Origin: Lama guanicoe
Taxonomy: Eukaryota
Reading direction: 5' to 3'
Length of the DNA stretch: 64,000 bases
NCBI GenBank assembly: GCA_013239625.1
Contig: MU054187.1
Span: 15,764,941 to 15,828,940 of the forward strand
Shown here: piece after piece, positions 1-11,823 of the stretch
How the letters are laid out: each line of letters begins with the position of its first letter
How positions within the stretch are numbered: the stretch's first letter is position 1
Position numbers and translations under genes: made by a program
The notes under the pieces: generated by a model
What the model saw: only the letters and a program-made list of their open reading frames with translations
What the model was told of the DNA's origin: nothing
Database searches by the model: none

Positions 1-2232
1 TTTATTGTATTCGATGTAGAGTAGGAATGATGAAATAGAAAGGTTTATAGTTGTAAAACTTAAGTGTTTCATGTAAATCTAAAATGCAGACCCAGGTCAG
101 CTATAGACAAATGTCAGTAGACGAGATTCAAAATGCACTGCAGGCAGAAAAGATGACATTTATCAGTCATCCATACATCAGTAAGTAAAACAATTTTAGG
201 GTTGTCTAGACAGGCATCTATTATTTCTTAAATTTAAATCTTTAGTAGAAGGACAACAGCAGGCATAGTGTCTATATTTAGTTTCACAAGAAATGAGAGA
301 AGGACCAGGAAAAATTTCAAAAATATTTGCAGGGATATATATGTAAAAAAGAGTTTCCTTTCTGTTGCTACATAGTGGAAGCAAATATATGACTAAATTA
401 GCTTTCTCAGTTACCATGATCCAGACCTGAACAACTATACTAAATACTGATACACATAATTCAATTTTTCTGATTTGGAGAGAATTTTCCCATCCTGTTA
501 TTTAAGGAAGGAATCTTTACTAACATTTTTACAAGCTTTTGTTCTTTTAAAAAATTGTTACTAAATTAGAAAATTGTTTTAATAACAATTTTGAAAATGG
601 TAGCGTTAGGTAGCAGGATATTAAATGTGCTAGCACTGTAAAAATATCATCATCCAAAATCTGTTCCAAACACAAAATCAGCAAAAGACTGAGGAATTAT
701 AAAAAACAGACAGAATGGAGGATAGTAGAGCTATAAATTAACTTTCCTTCTTCTAAGAGAGAAAAAAATGGATAAGTAATTTTATTTAAATTATACTTAA
801 AACTATCAATTTAAAATGCAGTTTAGCAAACCTGATCTGTCACATAGCAGCTAACATATCAAAAAATTTCTAAATAGAAAGATTAGAAATATTTCATATT
901 TTAGAAATCTGAAAAATTAAAAAAAAGAGAAATATAAAGAAACAATAACTTAGTGAAATAAATCTCAGCATATCAGTTTATGGACTATTTTGGAATTTTA
1001 TGCTTTTTTTTGCTATTTTCTTTTACTTTTTACTTGCAACTACAATTTCTAGTGGTATAATTTTATTATTGAATTATTTTTTCTAGTATTAATATATCTT
1101 TCTGGATATGTGTATATAGAATTCGCAAAATACAAATCTTCATCCCTGTCTGCCATGGAGAATCTGTAGGTTCTTCTACTTTTCACTGTTTGATTCTAAA
1201 AAGTTCTTTTTTTAATCTATATTCATTTTTTAAAGCAAGTTTATGATTTTCTAAGTCATTCTTCGTTGGGGTCCAATAATTTTTTAAAAAACTGTCAATG
1301 ATCTTGCTTTTCTAGCAATGATTTATTTAAATGTACTTTTTTTGTATAGTATTTTAATGCCATCTACTCACTGGCTTTCCAGGAAGTGCATTTTCACCCT
1401 CCCCCCTACACACACACACCAGATATACGTCTTTGTGATGAACATTATTGTGCTAAACATATTACATGGTGCAGACTACCTCAATCCACTGCTTCTAGAT
1501 CTTAGAGCCGTAAATCACAGCTTTTAAATATTTATAACAGTCCCTTGAACACTTAAGGGGGAAAGCCAAAGTAAAATTTTTCGTTTGCTCCTAGAATAAA
1601 AATGCTTGCACTAGTTAAAAAAAAAAATATTATAGTTTCTTTTTTTTTTTTTTAAGAAGTTAAATTACACTAAACAACCCTTCCATAAACCTTTGGAATG
1701 TCCACGTTTTTCCTCATTAATATTAATATAATTGCTAAGAAGCCGTTCCTTAACACAATTCAAGGATTTCTTTTTATCTTTTATTTTTGTTTGAACTGAA
1801 ATTCCCTTTGGCTTCCAGCGACAATCATCAAGCTCACTGTTTTCTTCAGACAAGAATTTAAGAGGCGATATCCACCCAAATACATAGCAAATCAAACAAA
1901 TCGATCTCCAATTTCGAATAAAGTATACGCTTTTCTGTCTATGATCAGATGCAACCTACAGTTGAAATGTATAAATTAAAGTTGGCTTAATACTCAGTGA
2001 AGACCCCTTGTCTACAAAGAAGCTGACTTTCTAACAACTAGAGAGAGTATAGTGCTTAGATATAACACTGAAAACAAGAATAGCCTAGAATTCCTGACAA
2101 TCTCGCATGACATTATATACTAATTTGGGGTTCATTTCCAAGATTTTATGGCAAACGTATTTTGCTGCTTTATTTATTAGACAGTTGGACTTTTTTTTTC
2201 GATTTTACTTCTTGCACCTGCTTTACCATCAG

Positions 2233-2251
2233 TATCCACTAGGTGGAGATA
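2233..2251 (+). promoter_or_regulatory. Candidate CTCF site
   Basis: TATCCACTAGGTGGAGATA resembles the CTCF core. Confidence 0.35.
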
Positions 2252-2876
2252 TAATTATATTTTTTTCTTAGGTTTAGGACAACTTGAACATTCATGATTT
2301 CTACGAAAGAAATATTCATCTTCACAATTTGAACATGCATCTTTTAATTGGTGTTTCATAAATACCGTGGTGTAAATCTATACCTTTCCTGAATATGATT
2401 TTTTATGTTTACATTTCTCTTTCCCCCTATGTTTTATTATAGATTCTGAAATAACAACTATTGATTAAATTGGTTTCATTTTTATAGTTTCCTTCTAAAT
2501 ATGGAAATATACAATTGAATGAGTATTCTCCATTTCAGAATATAGTTAAACGTAATCCTCAGCATTATGTAGAGCTACTTTGAGACTAAGTACAGGTTGT
2601 GGGCAGGAATTTAATTGAAGGGGTTAGAGTAAAAGAGGTAAGAAATTTTCCTGTTTTCTCTAAGCCTGTTGAGAATACTCCACTCAGTTCTATAGCGGCT
2701 AGGAACCAAAAGGTATGAAAGCAAATGAAGTGGTTCTCAGATCTTGCAAGATCCCCTCTTCATAAAAGTCTGTCTCTTGTCTCTCCTTTATTCCTCCTCC
2801 TTTCTTTGCTTTTTCCTTCCCTCTTTTCCTTCTTTTTTCTCTCTTGCTCTCTCTCTCTATGTGCATTTATAGTTAT

Positions 2877-2956
2877 ATCTTTATCCATCCATCTAGATGG
2901 ATATACATCTATATCCATATGGGTGTCCATATTCATCTAGATGGATAGATACAGAT
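2877..2956. repeat. Inverted repeat derived from simple sequence (28-bp arms, 3 mismatches)
   Basis: atctttatccatccatctagatggatat (2877-2904) versus the reverse complement of 2929-2956, atctgtatctatccatctagatgaatat. Confidence 0.85.
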
Positions 2957-5025
2957 GTATGTACACATACATATATGTATATACATTATATTAGATTTTT
3001 ATATAATGCAATTTATGCCACACGCACATAGCCTATAAAATACATAGTTAAGGACTTTATTTTTAAAAGCAAGAAATAAAAGCAGTATCCACTTCTAAGG
3101 GGACTCTGTTTGCTTCTGTATTTTATATTCCACTTGCTTGCTTTATGGAAAATGATTTACTCATTGTATATTACTAGAAATCTAAGCATGGCATTTTCTC
3201 ATTCTTTCTTGCTTTGCAGGATGCACTGTTTCCTGTCAACTTTGTTCAAGTGCCTTTCTGGAACCCGAGGACTTTAAACTCTTCAGGCTGCGGGCAGAGG
3301 ATGTTCTTCCCTGCTTAAGAACAAACCAGGTATAAAACAAAGGACCTCTAGTCACTGCCTTAAATCTGAGGGTGGTAATATGTCTAGAGCTAGTTTAATG
3401 TGAAGTTCTGAGTTACCAAGCACAGTAGCTAATGCTTAGAGGACAGCTATCTCACGCTCTTCTCAAGAAATACAATCCTAATGTTTAAGGATCTCTCTCA
3501 CAACATCACGTCTCATCTATTGCGACATGTGCACGCGAAGGTGCATTTGTAAATGACAGCGTCTAAACCAAAGACGTTTAAACAAACACACACACAAAAG
3601 GAAACCGGATTGCTTTCCTTTGGTAAATGAAGCCCATGCATTTATTTGTATGTAAATACACCCATTGTCTTAGGTTAGAGGAAGCATTATCCTCTCATTC
3701 TCTGCGGTTGTCTGTGCCTAAGGTCCTTTAATCCTGTAGTAGCATGCTCACAGTAACTTTAGCCAGCCATAGTTCAAGCAGCCTGTTATTTTTAAAATGA
3801 AATAACATTTTGTATAAGGAAAGTAAAGAAATCGTGCTCAGTGCAACACAACCTTTTCCAGTTTGAGTCACTGACCAATTCAACATTGTTCAAATCAGTG
3901 ATATAATTGCCCTTAGATTCTAAAAGCTTTTTAAGCCTAAAGCGTTTAAGACAAGTTAGTTTCTCAAAATTTCCAATTGCTTCCAGTTGGTAGCATTATT
4001 GAAATGATAAAGTTTGATGGTTTTAGACTTTTCATTTAGTTCCTGATTGGAATAGAGACAAATGTTACTGATTATGAACATGCTACATTCTATAACCAAA
4101 CAAAGTAAATCATCAAAAGACAAATAGACTCAATCTTCTCACTTATAAAGAAACAAAAAACAATACCACATTATGCTGTTTCAAACGGCAGGCTCATGGA
4201 GAGAATACACATTTCTTCACCATGTCTCTGCTAGTTTTTGGCAATCTTTTTAAGACATGCAAAGAAAAAGCAAAGAAAATAACTGGATAGGGTGATTTTG
4301 TTTCCACTTTTGATGCTCGGAGATCTCATTTATGCACTAATGCTAACTACTATTTTGATACTGATACCACCGTAGCTGAAACCATATCGGTTCCCAAACT
4401 GCAGCTAGTATCAGTCATCTTCCTAAGAAATGGCAAATTCAAGACAGTGGCTCTTTCATTTACATTAAAGAAACAAAAATTATCGTGAACTTTCAAATAA
4501 TTTTTTTCCCCAACCCTTCCTGCTGCTGTATGCAGACCTCTTATCTCACACAGACTCTCTCTCCATTCCTTTTGTGTCAAATTTAAAAAGATGGGAATAA
4601 TAAAAAAATTTCAATGCTAAATTTTATGTCTATGACTCTTTAGGATATCTGAGCCAGGAGTAATTCAAATAACTCAGCTACAGTTTTGGCTATTCCACTT
4701 CTTTTCTGATCAGGGTAGTTTACAATCATAATCTCAGATTATGGCCTGGAATTGTGTGAACCAAAATGATGACTACGTTACTTACTAATCTGACTTTGAT
4801 TAAACTATTCCTCAATTAATCTCACCTGTAAAATTATGCATATACCTGATTTTAATATTGAGTTAATGTACGCAAAGTCATCAGAAGAATGTTTGAAAAC
4901 TAAATGTAAAACGTTATTTATTACTATTATTATAAATACATGGAGTCTAAAAATGTTTGAGCATTTATTGGTATTAGTTGACTTATTTTGAAATATTAAG
5001 AATACTGCATGGCATTTGACACTCT

Positions 5026-5142
5026 TATTTTTTTTAAATTTATTTTTATTGAAGTACAGTCAGTTACAATGTGTCAGTTTCTGGTGTTCAGCACACTGTC
5101 CCAGTCATGCATATATATACATATATTCATTTTCACATTCTT
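5026..5142 (-). mobile_element. Short L1 3'-end fragment (camelid-type)
   Basis: T-rich tail followed by 'ttattgaagtacagtcagttacaatgtgtcagtttctggtgttcagcac'. Confidence 0.75.
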
Positions 5143-5339
5143 GAGATTATTCCTTTATATTAGCATGTATTGTTTTCTCTAAATATATATATATATATTT
5201 TTTACTAAGAGGTATTGAAAACTTATGGCTAAAAGACATAACTTGACTTCCCTAAAGTCTTGAACCTTGTACAAAAGCTAGGGCTTAAGTTATGGAGACA
5301 GTGTGCCACACTCTGCTTTATTCACCACATACGCTACCT

Positions 5340-5364
5340 AAAAACAAAACAAAACAAAACAAAA
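5340..5364. repeat. (AAAAC)n microsatellite
   Basis: Directly visible. Confidence 0.9.
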
Positions 5365-5439
5365 GCCTCCCCAAAACACACTGTGCAATAAAAGTGAGAA
5401 TTGTCTCTATTCATAATTAAGAAAAAATAACAATACTAC

Positions 5440-5830
5440 TTTAGTAACTACTATTTGTGTGCAGTGACTTTGAATTTACAGCTATTTTTCCTTACTTTGT
5501 TCTATTCGAGCCCCACAATCTCTGTGTAAAGTAGGCGTCATTAGCCCCAAATGAAAAAAATAAGACAATGGAGGCACAGAGACTTAAATAACTTGCCAAG
5601 ACTCACTTAGCACGAAATAGTGGAACTGTATCTGGGAGGCAGGTTTTCTATCTCCAGAGCTCCACTCCTAAATAGATCATTAGGACTTAAATGGACCTTC
5701 AAATTTTCTAGGCTAAATCGTTATTTATTCAATGAGAAGATGGAGGACAGAGAGGAAAAGGACTGGACAATGTGACAGAGAGGCAGACCCAGGACCAGGG
5801 ACCTTCCTTGTAATTTCTAATGCATTGTGC
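5440..5830 (-). mobile_element. Two adjacent MIR-family SINE remnants
   Basis: MIR core-like 'gaggcacagagacttaaataacttgccaagactcac' and 'aatgagaagatggaggacagagagg'. Confidence 0.7.
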
Positions 5831-6564
5831 TTTAAAAATATTACAATATCCTGTTATCTGCATTTCAAACAGTTTTTTTTAACTACAAAATGTGAGAATG
5901 TCTAAAATTAAAAAAAAAGTCCCTCTCCCAGTACTTATAATAATTAGACAGCTGACCCAATTCTCTGATTCAGAGACAAGAAAATCATTTCCATAGTCTG
6001 CCTTATTAAGAAAGATGGAACTTCATTGCATCAAATCCCAAATTCTGCTATTTGTACAGTGAGGGTAGCAAATGTGGTCGGCAGTGCTTTATGATAGCAA
6101 TTCTCAGAACTGTGTCTCTCTCTCACAGAACTAATCAGAAGCCCTGCAGTTTGCTTTATAGGGGACCCAGGTTTTTCCCAAACCCAGGCAATTCTACAGT
6201 CTAAAAGAAAAGAATACAGGGATGCAGAGAAGGCAAACAGTGATGAACAGAAAGATGCTTCTTCATGAACTGTGCGTTTGTTCTCAGTTATTACATAGGA
6301 GCTAATATCTGACCCTGAATACATGACCAGAGTGGAGTGACATTTTCCTAACAGCTTCTTCATTTGGATGTCAAGTGTATGTGGACTATGCTGAACTTAT
6401 CTCAGTTTTGGGGAGAGATGCCAAGCACCCTAAGATTTAGTCATTTAGCAATTGTTTTGGAAGATAAAAATTACTAAATAGATATAGAAGTCTAGAAGGT
6501 TCCACATAGCCTTCTCAGACTGGATTAAATGTGATTCTCTGTAAAACTTACATTTCTTTCATTT

Positions 6565-7020
6565 GATTATTCATTCATTCATTTATTTAATAATATATTC
6601 ATGTAACAAACACTTGTCGAGTCTTCCAGATATGCAGGTGTGGGCTAAGTGCAACTAAGGAGCAAACAAAAGAGGTATAGACTGTCTTCTAAGAACCTAG
6701 GTGGGAACTAAAGGATTAATGCAAATACTTCATTACCAAGTTGAGAGCAGGAGGTGTCAGGAGAGTTCATTGTAAATAAGATTTGATAAAGGTACTAAGA
6801 AACAGGGGTATGTCCTCCTGGAATGAAGAATTAGAGAAAGGTTCATGAAGGATGAGGATTTTGGTTAATTGAAAAGGTGATAACTTGAGTTTGTGGAGAA
6901 AGTGGCAAGGAAATTTAAAGAGAAGGGCACAAATCAGACATAAAAGGCAGCTCAAAGGTAAGCAAATAAGAAAGTAGTGAGAATTACTGAGTTATTTTGA
7001 CAGGACCATAGACTCATTCA
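6565..7020 (-). mobile_element. L2 3' region
   Basis: (TTCA)n tail, then 'aacaaacacttgtcgagt...gctaagtgc' and purine-rich L2-like text. Appears to continue at about 7670-7990. Confidence 0.65.
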
Positions 7021-7064
7021 GGAATACGTTCAGAGAAAAGATTAGTCTTTTTAAATTTTGTTTT

Positions 7065-7605
7065 TAAGTGAACAGTTTTATTCTTAGAGCTTTATCTTAC
7101 CTATATACCTGCTCTTGTGAGAAATGAGTTCTGTAGGGGATAATCATTGCAGTATTACTAAAATGACAAACTTTTGAGACACCTAAGTGCTCATTAACAG
7201 ATAAATGAATAACGATATTCACAAGCAATGACTACCTAGCAATCGTTTAAACTAACAAGGAAACAGACAAATAAAAGAGACAACAAAAATAAACCTAGGC
7301 ATTTTCCTATGGACAGATATTATGCAGCCTCCAAGATCTATTAACAGCAGGTGAAAAAAAAAACACAAGAAACAATGTGCATTGCATGTAATCAATGGTG
7401 TAAAAAACCAACAGGCTATAAACATATATGCTTAAATATGTTGAGACGACCTCTGGAAGGACTCAGTGATTAAAGCAAGTGCCTCTGGCAAGCGGAGAGA
7501 GGCTGCCCTGCTGGGGAAGCTTGGGAGGAAGTTATTTCTCACTGAGTACTAGTCAACACATCTCAACTTTTAGATATACAAGTATGTATCATATCTATTG
7601 TTTAA
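7065..7605 (+). mobile_element. Old L1 (L1ME/MC-like) 3' fragment
   Basis: 'cattgcagtattact...acacctaagtgctcattaacagataaatgaataa' resembles the L1 3' consensus. Confidence 0.55.
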
Positions 7606-10475
7606 AGTTTACCTAGAGACCAGATTCTGGAAAGTTAAGTTTAAAAAAAAATACAGTGGGAGGAAAAATAAAATAGATACTAGTTGGAAGCTACAGTATT
7701 GAATTTTTTTTCTTTTAATAGTAAATGTCCTGGGTGTGCTTGAAGGCAGAAGTGAGGAGATGGATGGATGGAGAGGAAATGAAATAGAAGGTAAGTGAAA
7801 ATTACAGGATTTAGGGCAGAAGTGGAAAGGCTGGTATCTTAGAAGACAAATGTCCTTTCCACGAGGTGTCTAAACAGAGCCACTGAATCACAATTTTGGG
7901 GCAAAGCTGATGGGTCCTTCTTTGGTTTGTTTCTGTATGAATAGCAGTAATCGGGGAAATGCGTGGACACAGTTGCTTTAAGGTAAAGGTTAGTTGGCTG
8001 AGGCGTATAAGTGCAAGACAGCTTCCCTAGTCACTACTTCGTTCATTATAGAAATACTTGTCCGTGGCCAACCGGGTATAATCAAGGTGGGCAGGACTGG
8101 GACGGAGACAGAAGTAAGCATGTTTGCCATTCTTAAGGGTCATGCTCTTTTCTCATCTGTCGAGGACCTTTTTGATGAATCTGGTGCAATGCCACCACCT
8201 ACTCAGTTGATTTGTTTGTTATGAGGATAAAGTTAGGTATATACGGACAATATTTTTCAAAAGTGTAAAATATTATTCAAAGGCAAGGTAAAAAAAATAC
8301 AGGTGGAGATTAAACGAAAGTTTAATGATTTTAGTCTCTCCTTTGAAATAAGTTGTACTGATGGCAAAGTTTGAAATTAGACTGTAGCCTATTCAGACAA
8401 TATCAGATAAATTTTAGTATAAATGTGGGCACTCTATTGCCTTCATTCTGAAGATAGGCAATTTGAAAATATAATTTAATTTTGTTGCACAACAGGACCA
8501 GCTTTTTGTCATTTATGTTAATATTAGCATAATGTTCAATCTGTTTTTGGTGGATGAATGACCACCAGTGTTTAGAGGCATTCCTGGGAATTGCTGTGAC
8601 CTTCAACCTCTCTTAGCTCCAATTTTTGGGACCAATTTAAATGTAACTGGAAAGGTATCCAAAAACTGTTAAATAATGAAACCCCAGTGCTGTGGCAAGA
8701 AGGTCACTTTCAGTCATGCTTTTTGAAATTTGGGGGTGCTGAGAGCAAGAATTTTGGATTGAAGACCATGGAATAAGTAAATAGAAAATCTCTTCGAGAT
8801 GGTACTTAGCCTAGGATTTATTCTCTTTATTTCAGATCCACAGTAGTCTAGAGAAGCTGACTCATTTTGAAAGAGCCTAGAAGACTGTATTTTGAAATTG
8901 GGAATATTAAAGAAAACCCAAAACCCAGTTGAAGATATGACTATCTGTATTTCTAACTTTACCTATTTATCTATCTGTGTATCTATCTATCTGTCTATGC
9001 ACATGTGTGAAGTATTAAATAAGAACAATAACTATGGCAATATAACTTTTCTTAATAAGATCAGTATTCAACTTTGAGCAGTTTGTAAAGCGAGGAGTCA
9101 CAGTGAATTTAAATGAGTGTATCAGATCTGTTAAAATAAATGTAACAGTCCAATTGAGAGTGGCATATATTTTTCCAAAAATATATAAAAATTTGAGACA
9201 AATAAAACAGGAGTGGAATCATAGCAAACATTGTCCCAGCCAATTTTTTTTATTAAACACATCACCATTTTCTAGGGAGATGTTTCAAAAATTTCACTTA
9301 GTCAAACACCACCTTCATCATTCTTGTCATGTCAGTCGGCCGTTTCTAAAGTATTACTGACTTCTTTCGATATTTTTATTGATATCCACATTAATTTGAA
9401 TTAGAATTTTTGAAAGTAGTCTCTTCTTATATGATGATTTCTTTAAAACTTTGAGTTTGATATTGTAATTATATTGCTTCTAATTCAGATAAAATAAATT
9501 TATAATGAATAAACAATGTTCACCTGTTTATCTCCTAGAATTGAATTGCACACTGTAACTTTACCACATTTACTAACTCTGGTATAGTGGGAAAGGATCA
9601 GTAATTACAAAAATCATCCCTTTGGATGTTACTTACCTAATGAGAAAGAGAAAGTTAACAGCATAGATGTAAAGTACACAGTATAAATGTAAAAAGTGGA
9701 ACCAGAATACTCCTTAGAGAAGACAATGCCTTGCAGTGACTTTAGAGGAAATAGTGAAACTCTCAGGGTCTGAGTAACAAACAATTTGTTTCTCAAAGAA
9801 GGGGAATAAGAAGAGAAGAAAGAAAGATGGATTGGGGCATGACAGACAGTATGTTTCAGGGGATGACTTTAGGGCCAGCCAGGGTAGACTCTGTTGCAGC
9901 GCAGAAATGTTTCACAGTGTAGAGAGCGTAGTAGCGGGTAATATTCGACAGTGGATTGCCTCCTGCTCTGTGGGAGGACAATGGCTCTCCTCATTGTCAC
10001 CATTCAAACTATTGCTCACTTCCCACCCTCCTCCTTTTTCAGAAGTTACTATACTTATTGCTAATGGTGTGAGTGGGAATTTTGTATCAATTAAAGAGGC
10101 TTGCATAGAAGGATGGTCCCAAAGGCAAAGGTGACTGTGAACAGTCACATTTGTGGTTGGGAATCTCAGGAAATTCGACAAGGACTTTGGAATCTGTCCA
10201 TGTAGAATACAGAGATATGAGATGACTTCAGACTCAAGTGTCAACCCTGTAAATCATCTAAGTGTTAGTGCTTCCATTACACACAATGTGGGTTCAGTGC
10301 TCAGTGCTTGGTTTTGATGGTTTTCATAATGTTCTCCCAAAAGGCAATGGAATCAATTGAAACTCATAATAATGACAATTATAAGCCTAGACTTTAGAGC
10401 ATTTTGGACGATGCTGCTTGTGTGTGGGGGTGGCGGCTTACACCGTCTTCCTTCCTACTCTAAGGAGTTGCAGTT

Positions 10476-10868
10476 GTCTTAGGTGGGGTTCTCTCAGAAG
10501 CAGACTTTGAGACAAAGTTTCAAGTGTAACTTTGGAATGAGCAGGAATCACCAAAAGGAAAGTAAAAAAGTGACTTTAATCCCTCAAGGAAACTGAGAAA
10601 TGCACTCAGTTATGCCACCCAATGGCAAGTGAGCTGGAAGATTTATACCCAGCTCTCAAGAGTCATTACTTGAAAGATGGGGATTGGGGTTGATATTGAC
10701 TGTCCCAGGACATCCAGTGTACTTCACGTGGGCCAAGTGGCCAGATTAAAACTCCCCTAGGCATACTCAGCTCACAGGCAGCAAGCTGGCAACTGGAAGT
10801 TGGCAGGAATACGCTGAACGAGTAAGGGCCACATGATGTGAGCAAAGGAGCTGACAGCATCTGCCACA
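10476..10868. mobile_element. MaLR (MLT1-type) solo LTR
   Basis: Starts 'tgtcttaggtggggttctctcagaagcagactttgagacaa' and ends 'cagcatctgccaca'. Confidence 0.75.
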
Positions 10869-11064
10869 GTAACTCAATGGGCTAGATTTTCCCTCTCAAC
10901 CTGCTGTAGGGTTAAGAAGGAAAGGAATCAGAAACCTGCAGTCTTCTTTCCTAAGGCCCACATCCTATGTCAGAGGGCTTCAGGGTTGCTTTGGTATTGC
11001 TATAGCACATGCATGCATAGTAACTGTAGTCTGGTTAGTTGGTTTGGTTTTCAGATTTTCTTTA

Positions 11065-11290
11065 ATCATGATCATAATGGTGTCTTGTCACACACTAATA
11101 GTCTATGAACTCCAGGAGCTGTTTTAAATTTTTATATAAGGTGACTTATTTACATCACTTTAGTAATGTAGTGTTACTAATACTGTTTTAGGTGAGAAGA
11201 CTGATGCTCAGTTTAAAAATTACTCCCAGATATGTAGCAGCAAGACCTGGGGACAGAGGCAGATGGCAAGATCATTGTCCTTTCCACATT
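11065..11290 (-). mobile_element. MIR remnant
   Basis: 'ttttaggtgagaagactgatgctcag' MIR core-like. Confidence 0.55.
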
Positions 11291-11421
11291 AAAAACACCT
11301 CTACCTTTTAAAAGATTGAGATGTATGCCCCTATGCAGGTTAAGGACAGAAGAAATTTTCATGATCCAAGGATCCAATATGGATAAAATATGATATAAAA
11401 TGAAAAAAATGGTAAAGCAAT

Positions 11422-11823
11422 TGTCTCAGTCTGCTCAGGTGGCTTTAAAAATGTACTAGGACTGGGTAGCTTAAACAAGAGACGTTTATTTTATCATAGT
11501 TCTGGAGGCTGGAAATCCAAGATCTGGGTGCCAATATGGTTGGGTTCAGGTGAAGACCTTCCTGGTTTGCAGGTGATCAGCTTCTCTTGTGTCCTCATGT
11601 GGCTTTTCTTGGGTTAATGTGCACATAGAGAGGGAGCTCTGGTGTCTCCTCCTCTTCTTACAAGGGCACAACTTGTACATCATGGCGACTTCACTCTTAG
11701 GATATCATTTTAACCTAACTGCCTTCCCCAAGTTTCACCTCCACATCCCATCACATTGTTGAGGGAGTGGTTAGAGCTTCAACATAAGAATTTTGGAAGG
11801 ACACAAATATTCAGCCCATTATA
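11422..11823. mobile_element. MaLR (MLT1A/B-like) solo LTR with 5-bp target-site duplication GCAAT
   Basis: 'ggactgggtagcttaaacaa...cat agttctggaggctggaaatccaagatc' is MLT1-diagnostic. GCAAT at 11417-11421 and 11824-11828. Confidence 0.9.

Noticed and set aside
1819..1930. Possible exon after 'ttccctttggcttccag'
   Set aside because: No convincing donor and no recognisable peptide in any frame.
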